DNA of 64,000 nucleotides from Lama guanicoe (Eukaryota), in NCBI GenBank assembly GCA_013239625.1, contig MU056000.1, positions 13,095,175 through 13,159,174 of the forward strand. The letters run 5' to 3'. Positions 12,088 to 25,519 of this stretch are shown piece by piece; the first letter of the stretch is position 1, and each line of letters opens with the position of its first letter. Both the position numbers and the translations under genes were made by a program. The notes below the pieces were generated by a model. It was not told the DNA's origin. It saw only the letters and a program-made list of their open reading frames with translations, and searched no databases.

Positions 12088-12294
12088 GAGAGGCAGTACA
12101 TTTAGTGACTGAGGCCAGTGTTGGAAGCCAGACCCCTGACCAGGGCTGTAGGATGGTAGGCAGGTAATTTGATCGTTTGTGCCTCAGGTCCCTAAGATAT
12201 AAAATCTAGGGAGAATTAAATAAACTAATACATAAATAAAGCATGTAGAACAGTTTCTGGTATAGAGAGTAGAGGCTTTAGAAATTATAACTAA
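12088..12294 (+). mobile_element. MIR SINE
   Basis: 'gagaggcagtaca...ggcaggtaatttgatcgtttgtgcctcaggtccc...tataaaat...taaagcatgtagaacagtttctggtatag'. Confidence 0.75.
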
Positions 12295-12628
12295 TGTGAA
12301 AAATCAATAAACAGAAACCTCAATTAAATAGAGCTGAGGGACCGGCAGGGGGAGCTCTCACACCTTGAGATGATACCAGAGCCCAACGGGAGGAAGACGC
12401 TTCTTGTTCAGAAAGGACTCAGCCAATGAAAAGCCAAGGACTGTCGGTTTACTGTAGTCCCACCAACTTCCTTTTCACCCCTTTAAAAAATGTTCTCCTT
12501 CCATTGCTCGGAGGGAAATTACACATGGCTCACCAGGGTTGCAGGCCTTGAATTGCAATTCTTGTCTGATCCCCGTTAAATCTCTTTGCTGGAGAAATAC
12601 CTGGCAGTCTGTTCGTTTCAGGTCAACA
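12295..12628 (+). mobile_element. ERV1-type solo LTR
   Basis: TGT...ACA termini, CCAAT ('ctcagccaatg'), TATA-like 'tttaaaaa'; 4-bp flanks ctaa/cgaa; same family as 42654-42982. Confidence 0.85.
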
Positions 12629-13520
12629 CGAATTACTGCCACTTCCCCAACCTGACATGGCCACTTAGGATAGGTCATTGTCTTTACTGCTAGAGGGTAT
12701 AGCTCACTCCTTAATTTTCTTCTTAATTTTTTCTTTCTTGGATCGCCTGGCCTTTACTAATTGCTTCAAAAATTATGCAAAAATACCTTAACTAACTGAA
12801 GGTGTAGAATGGACCTATTTTATTATATTTTACATGATTTCTGAGGGAAAATCGAATATTTTTGAAGAATAACATTAATGAATATTCCACTATTCCTAGC
12901 TTGAATTTTCAGCAAGGTTAGCAGGAAGTTAACTGCAGATAGTAAATGTACCCATACCTCTTTGGAATCCCAACACTATATCATTTTAAAAATTTTTCAT
13001 AATATAACAATCTATTTCTCTAGATGTTAAAATGTGTTGATAAATATACATTAATTAACTTGTTGATTCATTTATCTAGCCTTTCCTGCACTCATTCATG
13101 CACTTTACAAATTAAAATTATTTAAGGAGGAACATTTTTGTCTCCTTGGGGTAAATGGAGACAAGCAAGATTCTTTTAGGACACAGTTAGGATCATTAAA
13201 TTAAGATATTTCATGTATAAATGGGGTAATTGAATACCTCCACATAATTCATACTATTTCAATTGAAAGCTTAAAATATGTTTAAAAATCACAAGATTTT
13301 GTTTATTTTTTAAACTAAGTTTTAATAACAAAAAAGCAAATTCAGATAAAACACAGTATACAGCAGTACATCTTGGGACAACGTTATTTACTCTTTGGCA
13401 ACTTGGAAGAGATGCTTTGTAATCTTCCCTTTCTTGCTTTCATACATTGTGTTTTCTGTTTTTGATTGCAGTGTACACACAATGATTCCTCATAGTAGTC
13501 ATGAATTTTCATATATTGTC

Positions 13521-13549
13521 ATTATCATCACCATCAACATCATCATCAT
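13521..13549. repeat. Imperfect (ATC)n
   Basis: 'attatcatcaccatcaacatcatcatcat'. Confidence 0.8.
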
Positions 13550-16063
13550 TGTAAACATTTATTCTGCATCCAATTTGTTCCTGAAAGCATACAGGGGTAC
13601 CAGAGAAGAGAATCCAGGCCAGCAGGAAGAGTAATCTTCACAAATAAATTTGATTCAGAAACCTTGTTTGAAAACTTGCTGATTGAAAAAAAGGGACACA
13701 TTTAATTTTAATGAATACCTTATATAATGGTAGAATATTTGATCTTCTAAGCAGTGACAAAATTTAAAATTAATACTAAAAGATGCTAGGAATTTTAAAA
13801 GCATGTTCCAGTTTTAACAAATCACATGCAACTGTAGCAGCAGCCCTGAACATTCTACATTCATGTTTTTATGTGAAGATCAATTCTACATTTACCTTCA
13901 AACAAATTTAAAAAGAATTATTCTGTGACATTAAAACTATGATATTACTGATACAAAGTGTTTTTTTAAACATCTGTTCTTTATTGACAAGGACTATAAA
14001 AGTATCATAAGCAGAATTTTATGGACTCTTACATAATTGCTTCCATTATTTAAAAATCATAAAATCATGTTCCAAACTAATATATACCAACAGAATGTTC
14101 TAAAATAGCTTCAAATATTTAACACAATGTTAAAAAAAGAAAAAAATCTCTTAAACATAAAATAAATTTTAAAAATCTTCAACAATTTTATTTTCCAGTT
14201 AAAAAAATGTAGATGATTGCCCCAGGGTCATGATGTACAATATTTAGTGATGACTTCCAATGGCTCTATTTTGACACATGCCAAATGTTATAATAAATGT
14301 TTTCAGCCTTTAATGAGTGCAGTATTTTCTCTAAATGAGAGATGTACAGCATAAAGGGCCCTAGGGTTGATCTTTGAAGTCCAAGTCTCATGACCTTGTC
14401 ATGAGGCTGGCCGCATAGGCTCGTGTCACCATGGTTCCCTTGCCAGCTAAACTGAAATATACCCACCTCTTTAGGTTACTTGCTTGATTAAATGACAATA
14501 TATATTAGGACAATTATTTAATGCCATATTATTTAGAAGTTTTTATTTATCTATATATTTTGCCAGCATTAAAAATATTTAATATATTTCTACTAGTTAT
14601 TAACCCATGCCATATATTTATTTGGTATTAATTGATTCATTAAGCTAAGATGCTTTTTTATAAATAAGTTTTAGTTCTTTTAGAATTTTTCCAAATAATT
14701 TGTTTTATGTTTATTTCTTTATAAATGTGTTTCAGCTTCTAATGTTCTTCACTTTTTTTTCTGTCAGAAGTCTTCCAATCTTGCTTGTTCTCATAAATAC
14801 GACTTCTATGCTTCATTCTTTTCTCCAACTTTCTTGAGTCTGATATATATGCATTGCATATTTTTAGCATCTCTGCCATAAGAAATTCTTTTTTATACTC
14901 AAAGCTATGTTCCCTTAAATTAAACTTTTGTAGAGTTGGAGGAGCTTATGAGGAAGGAAAATTGGCAGCATGCTTTGGCAATAATTTATATTTCGTGATG
15001 TGTCAGCATAGTCAAGATTCTTATTCAATGAGTTATGCTGTTACATTTAACTGAGAAATACCCAAATCTCATGTTTTAATTTTGTATGGAAACTCAGGAA
15101 AATTCATTTTTATTCCCATTTTACAAACAAATAATTTCTGCTTTTATATTTATTGCTCAAGGAACAACTTGATTGTTCAACAGATGTCACTAGAAGGCTG
15201 TTGTACTACCATTTTATGTTTTTATATCCATACTAGCAAAGTGAAAATACAGGTATTTTCCATTGTTTTAACGTTAGAGATATTTTAATGTCTCAAATTT
15301 AATTAAACAAAGAAGAGAAAAATAGATATCCTTTAAGTAAAAAATAATTACTTAAGATAAAAGAACACATACAATTCATACACTTCCATTGTGACATATT
15401 TTTAGATGGCATTAAATGTGTGAATGTGTGATTGACAGAATTTAATAAATGGTGAAGAGAAGATTTAATGACTTGTTCTCTGTCATTATCTATGTAAAGG
15501 TTTGTTATTAAAGAAAACTCTGTTGACATACTTGTGATTTCTGAGCTCTGTCATGAGAAAGAAGACATGTCTTCCTCTGTTGCAATTTTTGTTTAAGTAC
15601 AGGAAGTTCATAGAAACAGCAAGTTGACCCTAATGGTCCTTTTTCTTCAGACAATTCTCTTTAGATTTTAATTTTTATGTTGCTAACTCCACTTAAGAAT
15701 TCCTTTTAAATTTTTCAATCATCACTATCGTAGGTTTCCATAACGCTCTCAGTGAACAAGGTCTTTTGTGTGGTCCCAATTATCTCATTTTTAATAATAG
15801 AAAATGTATGTTCACTTTCGGGAATGTTCCTTACAATGCTCCTTGGGTTGCTCTCCCAGACAAGGTATTCTCAGTTCTTGAATTCTTTCCTTTACTACCA
15901 TCTTTAATGTCCTTCTTCTATCTAGCTTCTGAAGTGTGAGTTTAAATTGAAATGACAGATTTTGTCCATTAATAATTATACACAGAACTGGTGTTAGCTG
16001 CATGCTAGTTGTCCACTAAACTCATTCCATAGTCCAGGTAATCATCACACTGCTTTAAATGTC

Positions 16064-16250
16064 ATATTAGTTGGGGCAGGCTCACGGTGCTAATGTCTCA
16101 GTAGTGCAACACTTGATACATATACTTACAAATTCGCTCACACAAAGTCCTGTGCAAATACTCCTTGTCTGGGTTCTCTTCTGGGCAGTTGTGCCCCCGG
16201 ATTCAAGTCTGCTTTAAATCTGACACAATGACTCTCAACATCTGGCAATA
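16064..16250 (-). mobile_element. Old MLT1 (K/L-like) LTR fragment
   Basis: 'tattagttggggcaggct...tctcagtagtgcaacac...tcgctcacacaaagtcc...gattcaagtctgcttt'. Confidence 0.5.
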
Positions 16251-16313
16251 CAAATGATGACTTTCCTCTTCATAATTTATAGACACTTGTGTTATAAAAC
16301 ACATTTTAAAAGC

Positions 16314-16348
16314 AATAGTGAGGAAATAGTGAGGAAATAATGAGGAAA
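16314..16348. repeat. 11-bp tandem repeat x3
   Basis: aatagtgagga aatagtgagga aataatgagga aa. Confidence 0.9.
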
Positions 16349-17159
16349 GCTATTTCCTCATGACACATTTAAAAGCATCTATTGTCCAAAAATTGTGTGC
16401 AAAATGACAGACTTTATACTACCATTTATAAGATTTTAAGATATAAACAATAGCATAATAGCTCAAGAGTGCTAAAAATAAAAAAAATAAGATTTATCAA
16501 AATATAATGTTCTGGGAAATTCAGTGTTAAAATGCATTGCTGTAAATAATTCCTTATCTATTAATAATTTCTATAAAATATATACTGAATTTACAGGGGA
16601 ATAAATTTCTAGTGGAGTGAGCAGTGGTCTTTGGTTAGAAATGGGGTAATATGGTGTCAGTCATGCAGTCTGTTATGATAATTGTTCTGATTTTGCTGGG
16701 GGCACAATTTTGTCAGCAGTTACGTCTTATGTAATACTTTCCTAAGTCACTCAGCTTCCCTTTGATCATACAGGGCCCCACTTTATTCCACGTTACCTGC
16801 TCTAGAATTTTATATACTTTTGTCTTTTTTATGCGACTATTAATATGTACCAGAATTTGGCTGTAATATTATACTTCATTATAAAGTAGGCTAAATTGCT
16901 AACATTTGTCATAAGAGAAACCCAAATATGTGAAATGATGCTTGGTATCATTTAAAATAAATTAATTTGATAGTTACGTCAATTGTGTACTTTTGAAATT
17001 CAGTGTTATCCTGGTGGAACTAGAAGTGCTGGGAATTTTATGTAACTTCATGAAAATTGTTTCACTTCAGGTATATTTTAAAACAGGCAGTCCTATGCAT
17101 CTGTTTGAAATGAGTTTGATTATATACACATACGTATATGAGTGTGCACACCTGTGTGT

Positions 17160-17196
17160 ACACACACACACACACACACATAGATATATATATATA
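17160..17196. repeat. Compound (AC)n/(AT)n microsatellite
   Basis: Directly visible. Confidence 0.9.
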
Positions 17197-18019
17197 TTCA
17201 AAGATAACAAAGCAACAGAGTCCATTATTATTGTTTTATCTCCCCTATGTGTTAAAGAAAGTCAGCCTCGTGGGGAACATCATTTAATGCATTTTATGTA
17301 TCATAAGAGAAATTGGCAAAAAACTCCTACATTTTCCCCCTAGTTCAGAAACACAAAACAATTTATAAACTATTATCTCTACGTAGAGAAATGACATGAA
17401 GTGTTTGCTCTGTCTAGCTTTTAGCTGATTTTAGCTTAAGTGTGTATCATATTGCTAATGTTGAACAGAAGACACGTTCTATAACTGCTCTAACTTGGAT
17501 AGTCTCCAAAAAAAAAGGATACAAATGTTTCACAAGATTATTCCAGGATACTGAAGAAGAATGAAAAGGAAAAGGAAAGGCATGTGATTCTCTATCTTGT
17601 GCAAGACTCCTCTGCCCCCAGGAGGCTGCGCTGTCCTAGTCCTGACAATGGAGCTGTGGTCACCAGCGTCCCCTGAGGCCTTGCTGCCATGCAGTTGGTA
17701 AGACAGTACTCACCTGCGTTGACTCTTCCAGAGAGTATGACCCTCCTTCAGTTCATGGTACATATTCGCTCTTCTGAAGCAGAGGAAGCCAGAGGGAAGA
17801 AAATGAACCCTTCTGACCTCATTCACAAACTCTAAGTATATGTATAAAGAGGACTTTTGGAGGACTATACATTTTAGCATGAATACAGATACAGTTATGG
17901 ACAAGATAGATACATATACAGACATATATCTGATGGTCAAGGAATTGTTTAAAGATTGATGTGCATCTTTGTGCATTTTCATATTCACTTTCTGCAACAA
18001 CTGACTTGGGCAACATAAT

Positions 18020-18140
18020 TAGGCTTATTTAAGTGATAAGAAGAACAAATATCAGATATCCAGGATTATAGAATTCTTAAGTGGGAGAAACGGGATTCGA
18101 ACCTAGGTAAGCTACTTCAGTCCCATTCATGTACACCGTA
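18020..18140 (-). mobile_element. MIR fragment
   Basis: 'taagtgggagaaacgggattcgaacctaggt' is a MIR B-box region in reverse. Confidence 0.55.
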
Positions 18141-19728
18141 TTGTAGTTTCAGGCTCAGTGGGCTTCATGGTGCTACTTTCTAAGCTCTGAACACATCAGG
18201 AAGCCCCAGGGAGGAGCTCTATGCACTCTGGAAAAGTGTTATATTTCTGGAGAGATGCCCATTCATGATGAATCACTTATAGGAGCATAAAATTGATACT
18301 TGATGATAGCACTGATTTTTATATCTTTTTTTCTCTAAAACAAAACAGAAGAATCATTAAAAGTTATAACACTCCAGTTTCACTTCTGAAATTATTTCTT
18401 CCAAAGGTAATATATCTATAAAATACAAAAATACAGTACTGTTGCCTAGCAAGGGTTGTTTTAGATTCTTGAAGCTAGTAAAAACATTTGACTTTCTACA
18501 CCTAAATTTCTTTTATATTTGTAATAATCACCTCCAAGATTTGAATTTTAATTTAAAATAAAAGGATTTAACAAATGTAACCAAGGAACTCAACTATTAT
18601 ATTCTTTATTGAATCTGTCTGTGTTTTAATATATACATAGGTAAGTATACATTATATTTATTAAATTGAATAAATATACTGTTAGAAATCTTACTCATAT
18701 TTTAGAGATCAGAATATAAAATCAAACATATAATCAATGATCTTTCATCTTCTGAGACATTTTTAAGAAATCTTACTTTATATATTCTCATGTTTCCAAT
18801 TGTGTTTTAATAAAGAAAGAATTTACATATTATGTGCATTCTTCAGCAGAAATTAATATATAATAGATTAGTTGTGAACAGTGTCTGTTGGTTCTGACAT
18901 TCTCAGATCCTTAGCAGAAGCTAGAGGCTCAGGAAAGGAAACTCGTGGTGTTCACATGTCCATATCCTTGAAGTTCAAGGGTGTTCATTCACTTTGAACG
19001 AGAGGAAAGAAAGAGGAAAGGGTGACTTTATGTAGCCTCTTCTGTTTTTTGTTCTCACAGAGTCTGAGTTCATCTATCACGTATTTATTCTCTTGTCTGA
19101 TAAATTGTAGTTGTAGGGAATTTTATCATGTTAGTAGTTTTAAAAGCATATAGGGTCAAGTAATCTGATTTTGGTATATATCTCTAGAAATGTGTTCAAG
19201 CTACTACACATGTCAGAAACCCAGAGAGTCATTACAGACTACAGACATATACTATCTTACGAAGCAAAAGAAATTTCTGCAGGAAGGCAGGGACTCAATC
19301 AAGAGAGATGCTTCTGCCAACAGAGGCGCTTTATTTAGCAAAGTGATTCACTTGTCTCCAGGTGTGTCCAAATGAACTAAAGTCCCATAAAGGAGTGCAT
19401 CACCCTTTATTTCTGTTTTCAGAGTATTTAAAGACACGAACCACTGAAGTGATATCCTGGCTCTATTACAAATTATTGTAAGACATTTATACTCTTTATA
19501 TATGAGAACTTACATAATTAATGTCCACTTCCAAGAAGAGTCTATAAATTTGGTCAATAATGTCTATTTTAAAAAATTAAATTGTTTATATAGTTTATTT
19601 TGACAAAACACAGCTATGTGTTTGGATGGTATAGTTGCTTCAGGGATTTCGAGCAGAACGTTTTAGGTTTTACTCATTTAGGTAAATCTTGACTGAGGAT
19701 TGTGAAATCTGAATAATGATACATGATT

Positions 19729-19919
19729 CGGTACCTTCTTAAAGTTATGCTATCTTGACTTATTCATGAAAACCACATGGACTACTTATCAAAATGCAGA
19801 TTCCTCGCCTCAGAATCAATCCTATTGAATATAATCTCTGTGGATGGAGATTTGAAATCTGAATTTAAAAGGACATGTCCCATGTAATTCTTATTAACTT
19901 TGAAGTTTAGGAACCTCTA
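19729..19919. mobile_element. MER5A-like hAT-Charlie MITE
   Basis: 'aaaatgcagattcctcgcctca...tgaatataatctctgtggatggag...aatctgaattt...tgaagtttaggaacctct'; ~190 bp. Confidence 0.75.
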
Positions 19920-19976
19920 GCTCATCCTGTCTATCTAAGAAGGTTACAAGATATGTCATGGGATATTGAGAAACTG

Positions 19977-20075
19977 TTATATGTCTAAATATATATAGCA
20001 TATATATGTGATATGTATATGCTATATATGTATATATCACATGTATGTGAGCATATATATAAGATGTACGTATGT
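19977..20075. repeat. Degenerate (TA)n/(TG)n low-complexity tract
   Basis: Directly visible. Confidence 0.8.
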
Positions 20076-21979
20076 GTAGTTTTTATCAATGGTCATAATA
20101 AATGTCATTTGAATCCATATATTATAAAAAGTAATCATTTTAGGTCCATATATAACAATCACAGAAATAATTATGCTTACTCTAAAGTTAATTCAAGATA
20201 AGGCTAAATTATAATTCCAGAGACAGTTATTTCAAGTTTGAATAATTTGCAAGATTGCCTTAGTATCTATTTCAAGAACTGGTTTAGTACTTATGAAATA
20301 GATTTTAATAAATATTTGTTGAATAAATGGATAGAACAGAATTGGACATTATACTTTGCATTTTAACATGCTAAGCTGAAAATATTTCCATGCTGTTTCT
20401 ACTAAAATTTAATTACAGGTGCTTCATTTTATTTCATTGTAGATTTATTTGCTGTTCATTGAACTGTCTGAGTGTCTGTCATTGAGGTTTTCATTAGAAG
20501 GACTATTGTTAAACAACTCACACTGAATTAGCATAGCTTGTGGACTGAGTCTGTGATAGAGAATATTGTTTCCTATCTTTACTAAATTTTTGGAATTAAA
20601 AGGGTTCTTGTTTAACCTGGAAAGTGTCTCAACTTCCAAATGAAGTATTTCTACATAGACCACTAGGATTTGCCAGAAGGATGAGACATTCATTGTTGCT
20701 GGTAAAGTTTTTATGACCAAAGTGATGCTTGTAAACCTCAAAAACAGAATTGTCCACTGACTGTGAATTGGGTCCATGTGCCTGCTAACAGGCGAAAATA
20801 TAGAAGATGCAATCAGATTTGAAAAGGGTCAGATTGGAAAGGTTATATTTGATTTTTGGCAGCAGAAGCAAATTCTTTGAAGCTTTCCTAAAGGAGTGTG
20901 GGCTGCACTTATGAGCAGATTGTTTTTATAGACTAGGTTTCTTATCGGTGGTGCAATTTAAATAGAAATGGGCACACTTGTCTGCAGAGTTCCTCTGAAA
21001 AAAATTAAATCGGTAACCTGTGGCTCGAAGAGCTGACATCGAAAAACAAAGTGCTTAGTAAATTATGTCCTGGTGCTGAGTTCAACAAGAAAAACATATT
21101 TTGACTTCCCTCTGTACTTGCATCATTATTTTCAAACTATTTTTCAGACATAGCCATTTATCTACCTGAGCACCAGATTGCTCAAATAATTATAATTCAT
21201 AATGTGGCCACAGGGTCTTTTAATCTTTTAATTGACTGCTCTAGGAATTGTACATACATCAAAGGGTAATATTACAGGGAATAAAAATGCATCTTAACAT
21301 AGAGATTGCACTAAAAAGATTGTTTTTTCTTCCCCCAGTGCTTTCTCATTCTGACATCTAAAATTGCTTTTCTCAAATCTGTCGACAGGTTCACATACAA
21401 CATAGTTAAATGAATTTCCCAGCATTTTAGGACACGGTGAAGTTCAGCTTGCAACGAATTATAACTTCAAAGAAAAAAAAGATACAACCAGATTCCCACA
21501 TTCCACAGTTTTGCTGGGGAATTTTTTTAAAATAAAGTCTAATCTCTACAGGTCCCAATTAAAATGGAAATAGAGTAAAAACGATTTCCTCTTTGCTTTT
21601 ATTCTGTGAACATGTGAAATCGTAAAGGAAACGGAATGTTTAGAGAATTGTTACCCAGGTATAGTGCTTCACGCTGCCTTCTTTGGCTTCTAATTTTTTT
21701 TCCCTCCAGGAAAAGCCTTAGGCACAACCTAATAACCTTGTTGCTTCTGCTTTTCATGACCTTTCTGAGGAGTAAAAAATGCTACTCTTCTACAAATGGG
21801 AGTTCTCTAAAAATAGTTAATTCTGAAACTAATCTTGGTGTCTGAATGAATAACTCAATCAGAAGATTTTAAATCTTAACCCATGGGAAACAATGTTCAC
21901 AGAATTATTGAAAAAAATCTGGATGTCTGATTAAGGTTCAACAACCATAAGGAGAATATGGTATGTCGATCATGCTACA

Positions 21980-22393
21980 TTTTTTCTTTAATTGAAGTAC
22001 AGTCAGTTTACAATGTTGTGTCAATTTCTGGTGTACAGCATGTTTCAGTCATACATATTCATACATATATTTGTTCTCATATGCTTTTTCATTATAGGTT
22101 ATTACAAGATGTTGAATATAGTTCCCCGTGCTATACAGAAGAAACTTGTTGTATACCTATTTTATATATAGTAGTTAAAATCTGCAAATCTTGAACTCCC
22201 AGTTTATCCCTTCCCATGACCTTTCTCCACCGGTAACCATAAGTTTATTTTCTGTATCTGTGAGTCTGTTTCTGTTTTGTAAGTAAGTTCATTTGTGTGT
22301 CTTTTTTTTTTTTTTAAGATTCCACGATAAGTGATATCATATGGTATTTTTCCTTCTCTTTTTGGCTTACTTCACTTAGAATGACGATCTCCA
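21980..22393 (-). mobile_element. 5'-truncated camelid-type L1 3' end
   Basis: 'tttaattgaagtacagtcagtttacaatgttgtgtcaatttctggtgtacagc...ttcacttagaatgacgatctcca'; no TSD seen. Confidence 0.92.
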
Positions 22394-22541
22394 AAACAAG
22401 ACAGAGATAGACTTTTGAACTCTAGGGAGTGGCTAGTTCATTTGCATTTGGTAGTGATAATTCTTCCATGGCTATAGAAGTTAAATTTCACCAAAATGTC
22501 CTTGATCTATTGTCATAATACCACATCCAATAGAAAAATAA

Positions 22542-22700
22542 GGGGAAAGGAATAGCTTGAGTGGTAGAGTGCATGCTTAGCATACATGAGGTCCTGGTTT
22601 CAATCCCCAATACCTCCATCAAAAAACTAACTAAATAAATAAACCTAATTACCTCCCCCTGCAAAAACAAATTAAAAAAAAAAACCTAATTACCCCCCAA
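22542..22700 (+). mobile_element. Camelid tRNA-derived SINE (Vic-1-type)
   Basis: tRNA-like head with A-box 'tagcttgagtgg' and B-box 'ggtttcaatccc'; tail 'taaataaataaacctaattacctccccc'; 14-bp TSD ccaatagaaaaata at 22527-22540 and 22701-22714. Confidence 0.92.
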
Positions 22701-23899
22701 CCAATAGAAAAATAGTATCTCCATCTAACTGTTCATGTAAGATTTAAGATTATAGATATGAACATACTCTATGTAAATAATTTAAAAAAATTTTATCTCG
22801 ATAAGGACAGAATTTTTTTTACAGACTAAAATTCAAGATTTATATGACAGAAACTCACCAAATACACATAATCATATTTTATAATCTGATAGAGAGGTTG
22901 TTGTTGACTGCAAGTTTTGATTTTTAAACTGTAACATATTCTACTTAATTATAATTTTATAAAATTCCACTTTTCTCAAGCCTGTGATCACTCACATCTA
23001 TTTGTTTTTATGCCATTATTTTGATTGGAATTTTAAAATTAAAATATCAATAGGAACAACATCAGTATTTTGGTTTTAGGCTGGGGTGAAGAATACAATT
23101 TTATTTGTTCTGTCCCCTGGTATCTTGTTACATACAATTTCAAAAATAACCTATTAGAAAAGATGTTAGATTATAGATACGTATTTTTATACACACACAT
23201 ATATGAAAGTTCATTTCCAAGTCACTGACTCTCCAGTTCAAAGCATCAGCTTTGAGGTTTATCAAAGGAATGTAGCCTTTGACTTGTCTTTGAAGAAACT
23301 GTAGTGAAGCACTTTATGAAAACATTTCATCAGTGTCAACACCGAAGCTTGAAAGGTGAGAAGTTAGAATGGGAAACATTTAGTAGCTTACGATAAATGA
23401 TTAACTTATAGTGTTAATACTGACACAGGCTAGCGAGAGAATGTTACCTGTCCTTATTCTGCTGTCTCCTATGATTATCTTAATCTCCATTATTTAATAG
23501 CTATGCAATCAAGTGTTTGTTAGATGAATGTTGAATACGACAGATCAGATATTTGTTCATTTACAGGGCACATTACTGGCACGTTTGCCACTAAACTGGA
23601 TGACATTTTCAGTGTGATGGTAGACAATGTCATTGGTATCATTTTATAGCAAACACTAACAACAATTTTTTTGTTGATTTTAATCAGAGAATAGTTGTAA
23701 AAAAATCAGTCCAACAGACGAAATCATTTTTAGAAAACTGAATTTTATATTCTATTATGCCACAGAGAAAAGTGTCATGTATTTTTAATTTTTATATCTT
23801 AAGGCATCACATTCCAGAAAAGATTCGAGATAAAGGAATCTGAAATTAAGGGTACAGCCTGAATATGTATATTGAAAAATGAATACTCATTTAACTACC

Positions 23900-25515
23900 A
23901 CTGCACACAAGACCTTGACTATTTCCATTTCCTGAGAAAGTTCCCTCATGAACCTGTCTAGAGCTCCCTCCAGTTAAGCAAACATTATTTTTATTTTGTT
24001 CACAGAGATTAACTGCGTTAGTACTAGGGTCACATCTCATAATTTGCATTTTCCTAATGATAAATTATGTTGAGCATTTTTATATGCTGATTTCCCACCT
24101 GTATATTTTCTTTGTTAAAATGTCTCTGAAGTTCTTTTTCCATTTAATATTTGGGTTATTTGCTTCCTTATTGAATTTTAAGACATCTTTACATATTCTG
24201 AATACAACTCCCATGTCAGACATGTAATTGGCACACATTTAGTTCCAGTCTGTGACTTGTCTTTCCATTCTCTTCATAGCATCTTTCACAGAGCAAAAAG
24301 TTTACATACAATGAAGTCCAATTTATCTTTTTTTAATGGAGAATGCTTCTAGTGTTGTGTCTATAATCTCATCATGAGACTCAAAATCACACAGATCTTC
24401 TCATTTATTTTCTTCTAGAAGTTTTATAGTATTGCATTTTAATTTATTTCTATTATCCATCTGAAGTTAATTTTGTGGAATGTGTGAGCTATGTGTTGGA
24501 ATTCATTTTTAAAAATATACACTGTCCAATCATTTTGGTACCATTTGTTAAGAAGACTATCCTTTCTCCATTGAATTTCCATCGAATCTTTGTCAAAAAT
24601 CAGTCAACTGTACTTGTGTAAATGTATTTCTATGTCCCTGTCCCATTTGTCTCCATGTTTTACTGGTATTCTAGATTACTGCAATTTTCTAGGAAGTCTT
24701 GAAATCAGGTAATGTGAGCCTTCCATCTTTTTGTTGTTGTGCTGAGTGTTATACTTCCTTTGACTTTCTATATGGTTTTAAGAATAACTTCATATCTGCA
24801 GAAGATTGCTATGAATTTATTGCTTTTGTGTCAAATACATAGACAGATTTGTTTGTTAGCCTGGACAGAAGTTTATCAATATTTAAAAAATATTGAATCT
24901 TTAAATCAATGAACCTGAATTATCTCTCCATTTATTGCTGTTTCATTTGCTTTATTTTTCAGGCTTTTGTAATTTTCTGCGTACAGGGCATGCTCATATT
25001 TGGTTAGGCTGATATCTAAGTCTTTTTCTTTCTTGGTGCTATTGTAAATGACATTTTAATGATTTCTGAATTTCTTTTATTTATTGCTAGTATGTAGAAA
25101 AACAGCTTAATTTTTTATATTGGTTTTTGTAGCTGATCTTACTAAACTTGCATTTTTATTCAAGGAATTTTTTTTCTCTATGAATAATTATGTAATCTGT
25201 AAATAAAACCAGTTTTATTGCACCCTTTTTGAATCTTCATGCCTTTTATTTGTTTTTGTTTTGGTTTTTTTTGCCTTATTATATTAACTAGAACTTTCAC
25301 TATTTTGTTAATAGGGATGGGGGAAAGGAAGGTATTTGCTTTGTTTCTTATGCTAGGGGTAAAATATTCAACTTCTTACCATTAAATATAATATAAGGGG
25401 TAGGTTTTTCATATATATCCTTTCTTAGGTTAAGGAAGTTACCTTCTAGTTCTAGATTTTTAGTGTTTTATCATGAATGAAAGTTAAATCTTACCAAATG
25501 CTCCTCTGAAATCTT
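23900..25515 (-). mobile_element. Old L1M (MC/MD/ME-type) ORF2 and 3' remnant
   Basis: Long T-rich run of L1 ORF2 antisense motifs, e.g. 'aatttgcattttcctaatga', 'ccatttgttaagaagactatcctttctccattgaatt', 'ttaggttaaggaagttaccttctagttctag'. Confidence 0.85.
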
Positions 25516-25519
25516 GTAA

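Noticed and set aside
14389..14405. Hairpin tcatgac-ctt-gtcatga
   Set aside because: Only a 7-bp stem, expected by chance
22542..22618. tRNA-like sequence
   Set aside because: It is the head of a SINE (AT-rich tail, 14-bp TSD, mutated boxes), not a tRNA gene
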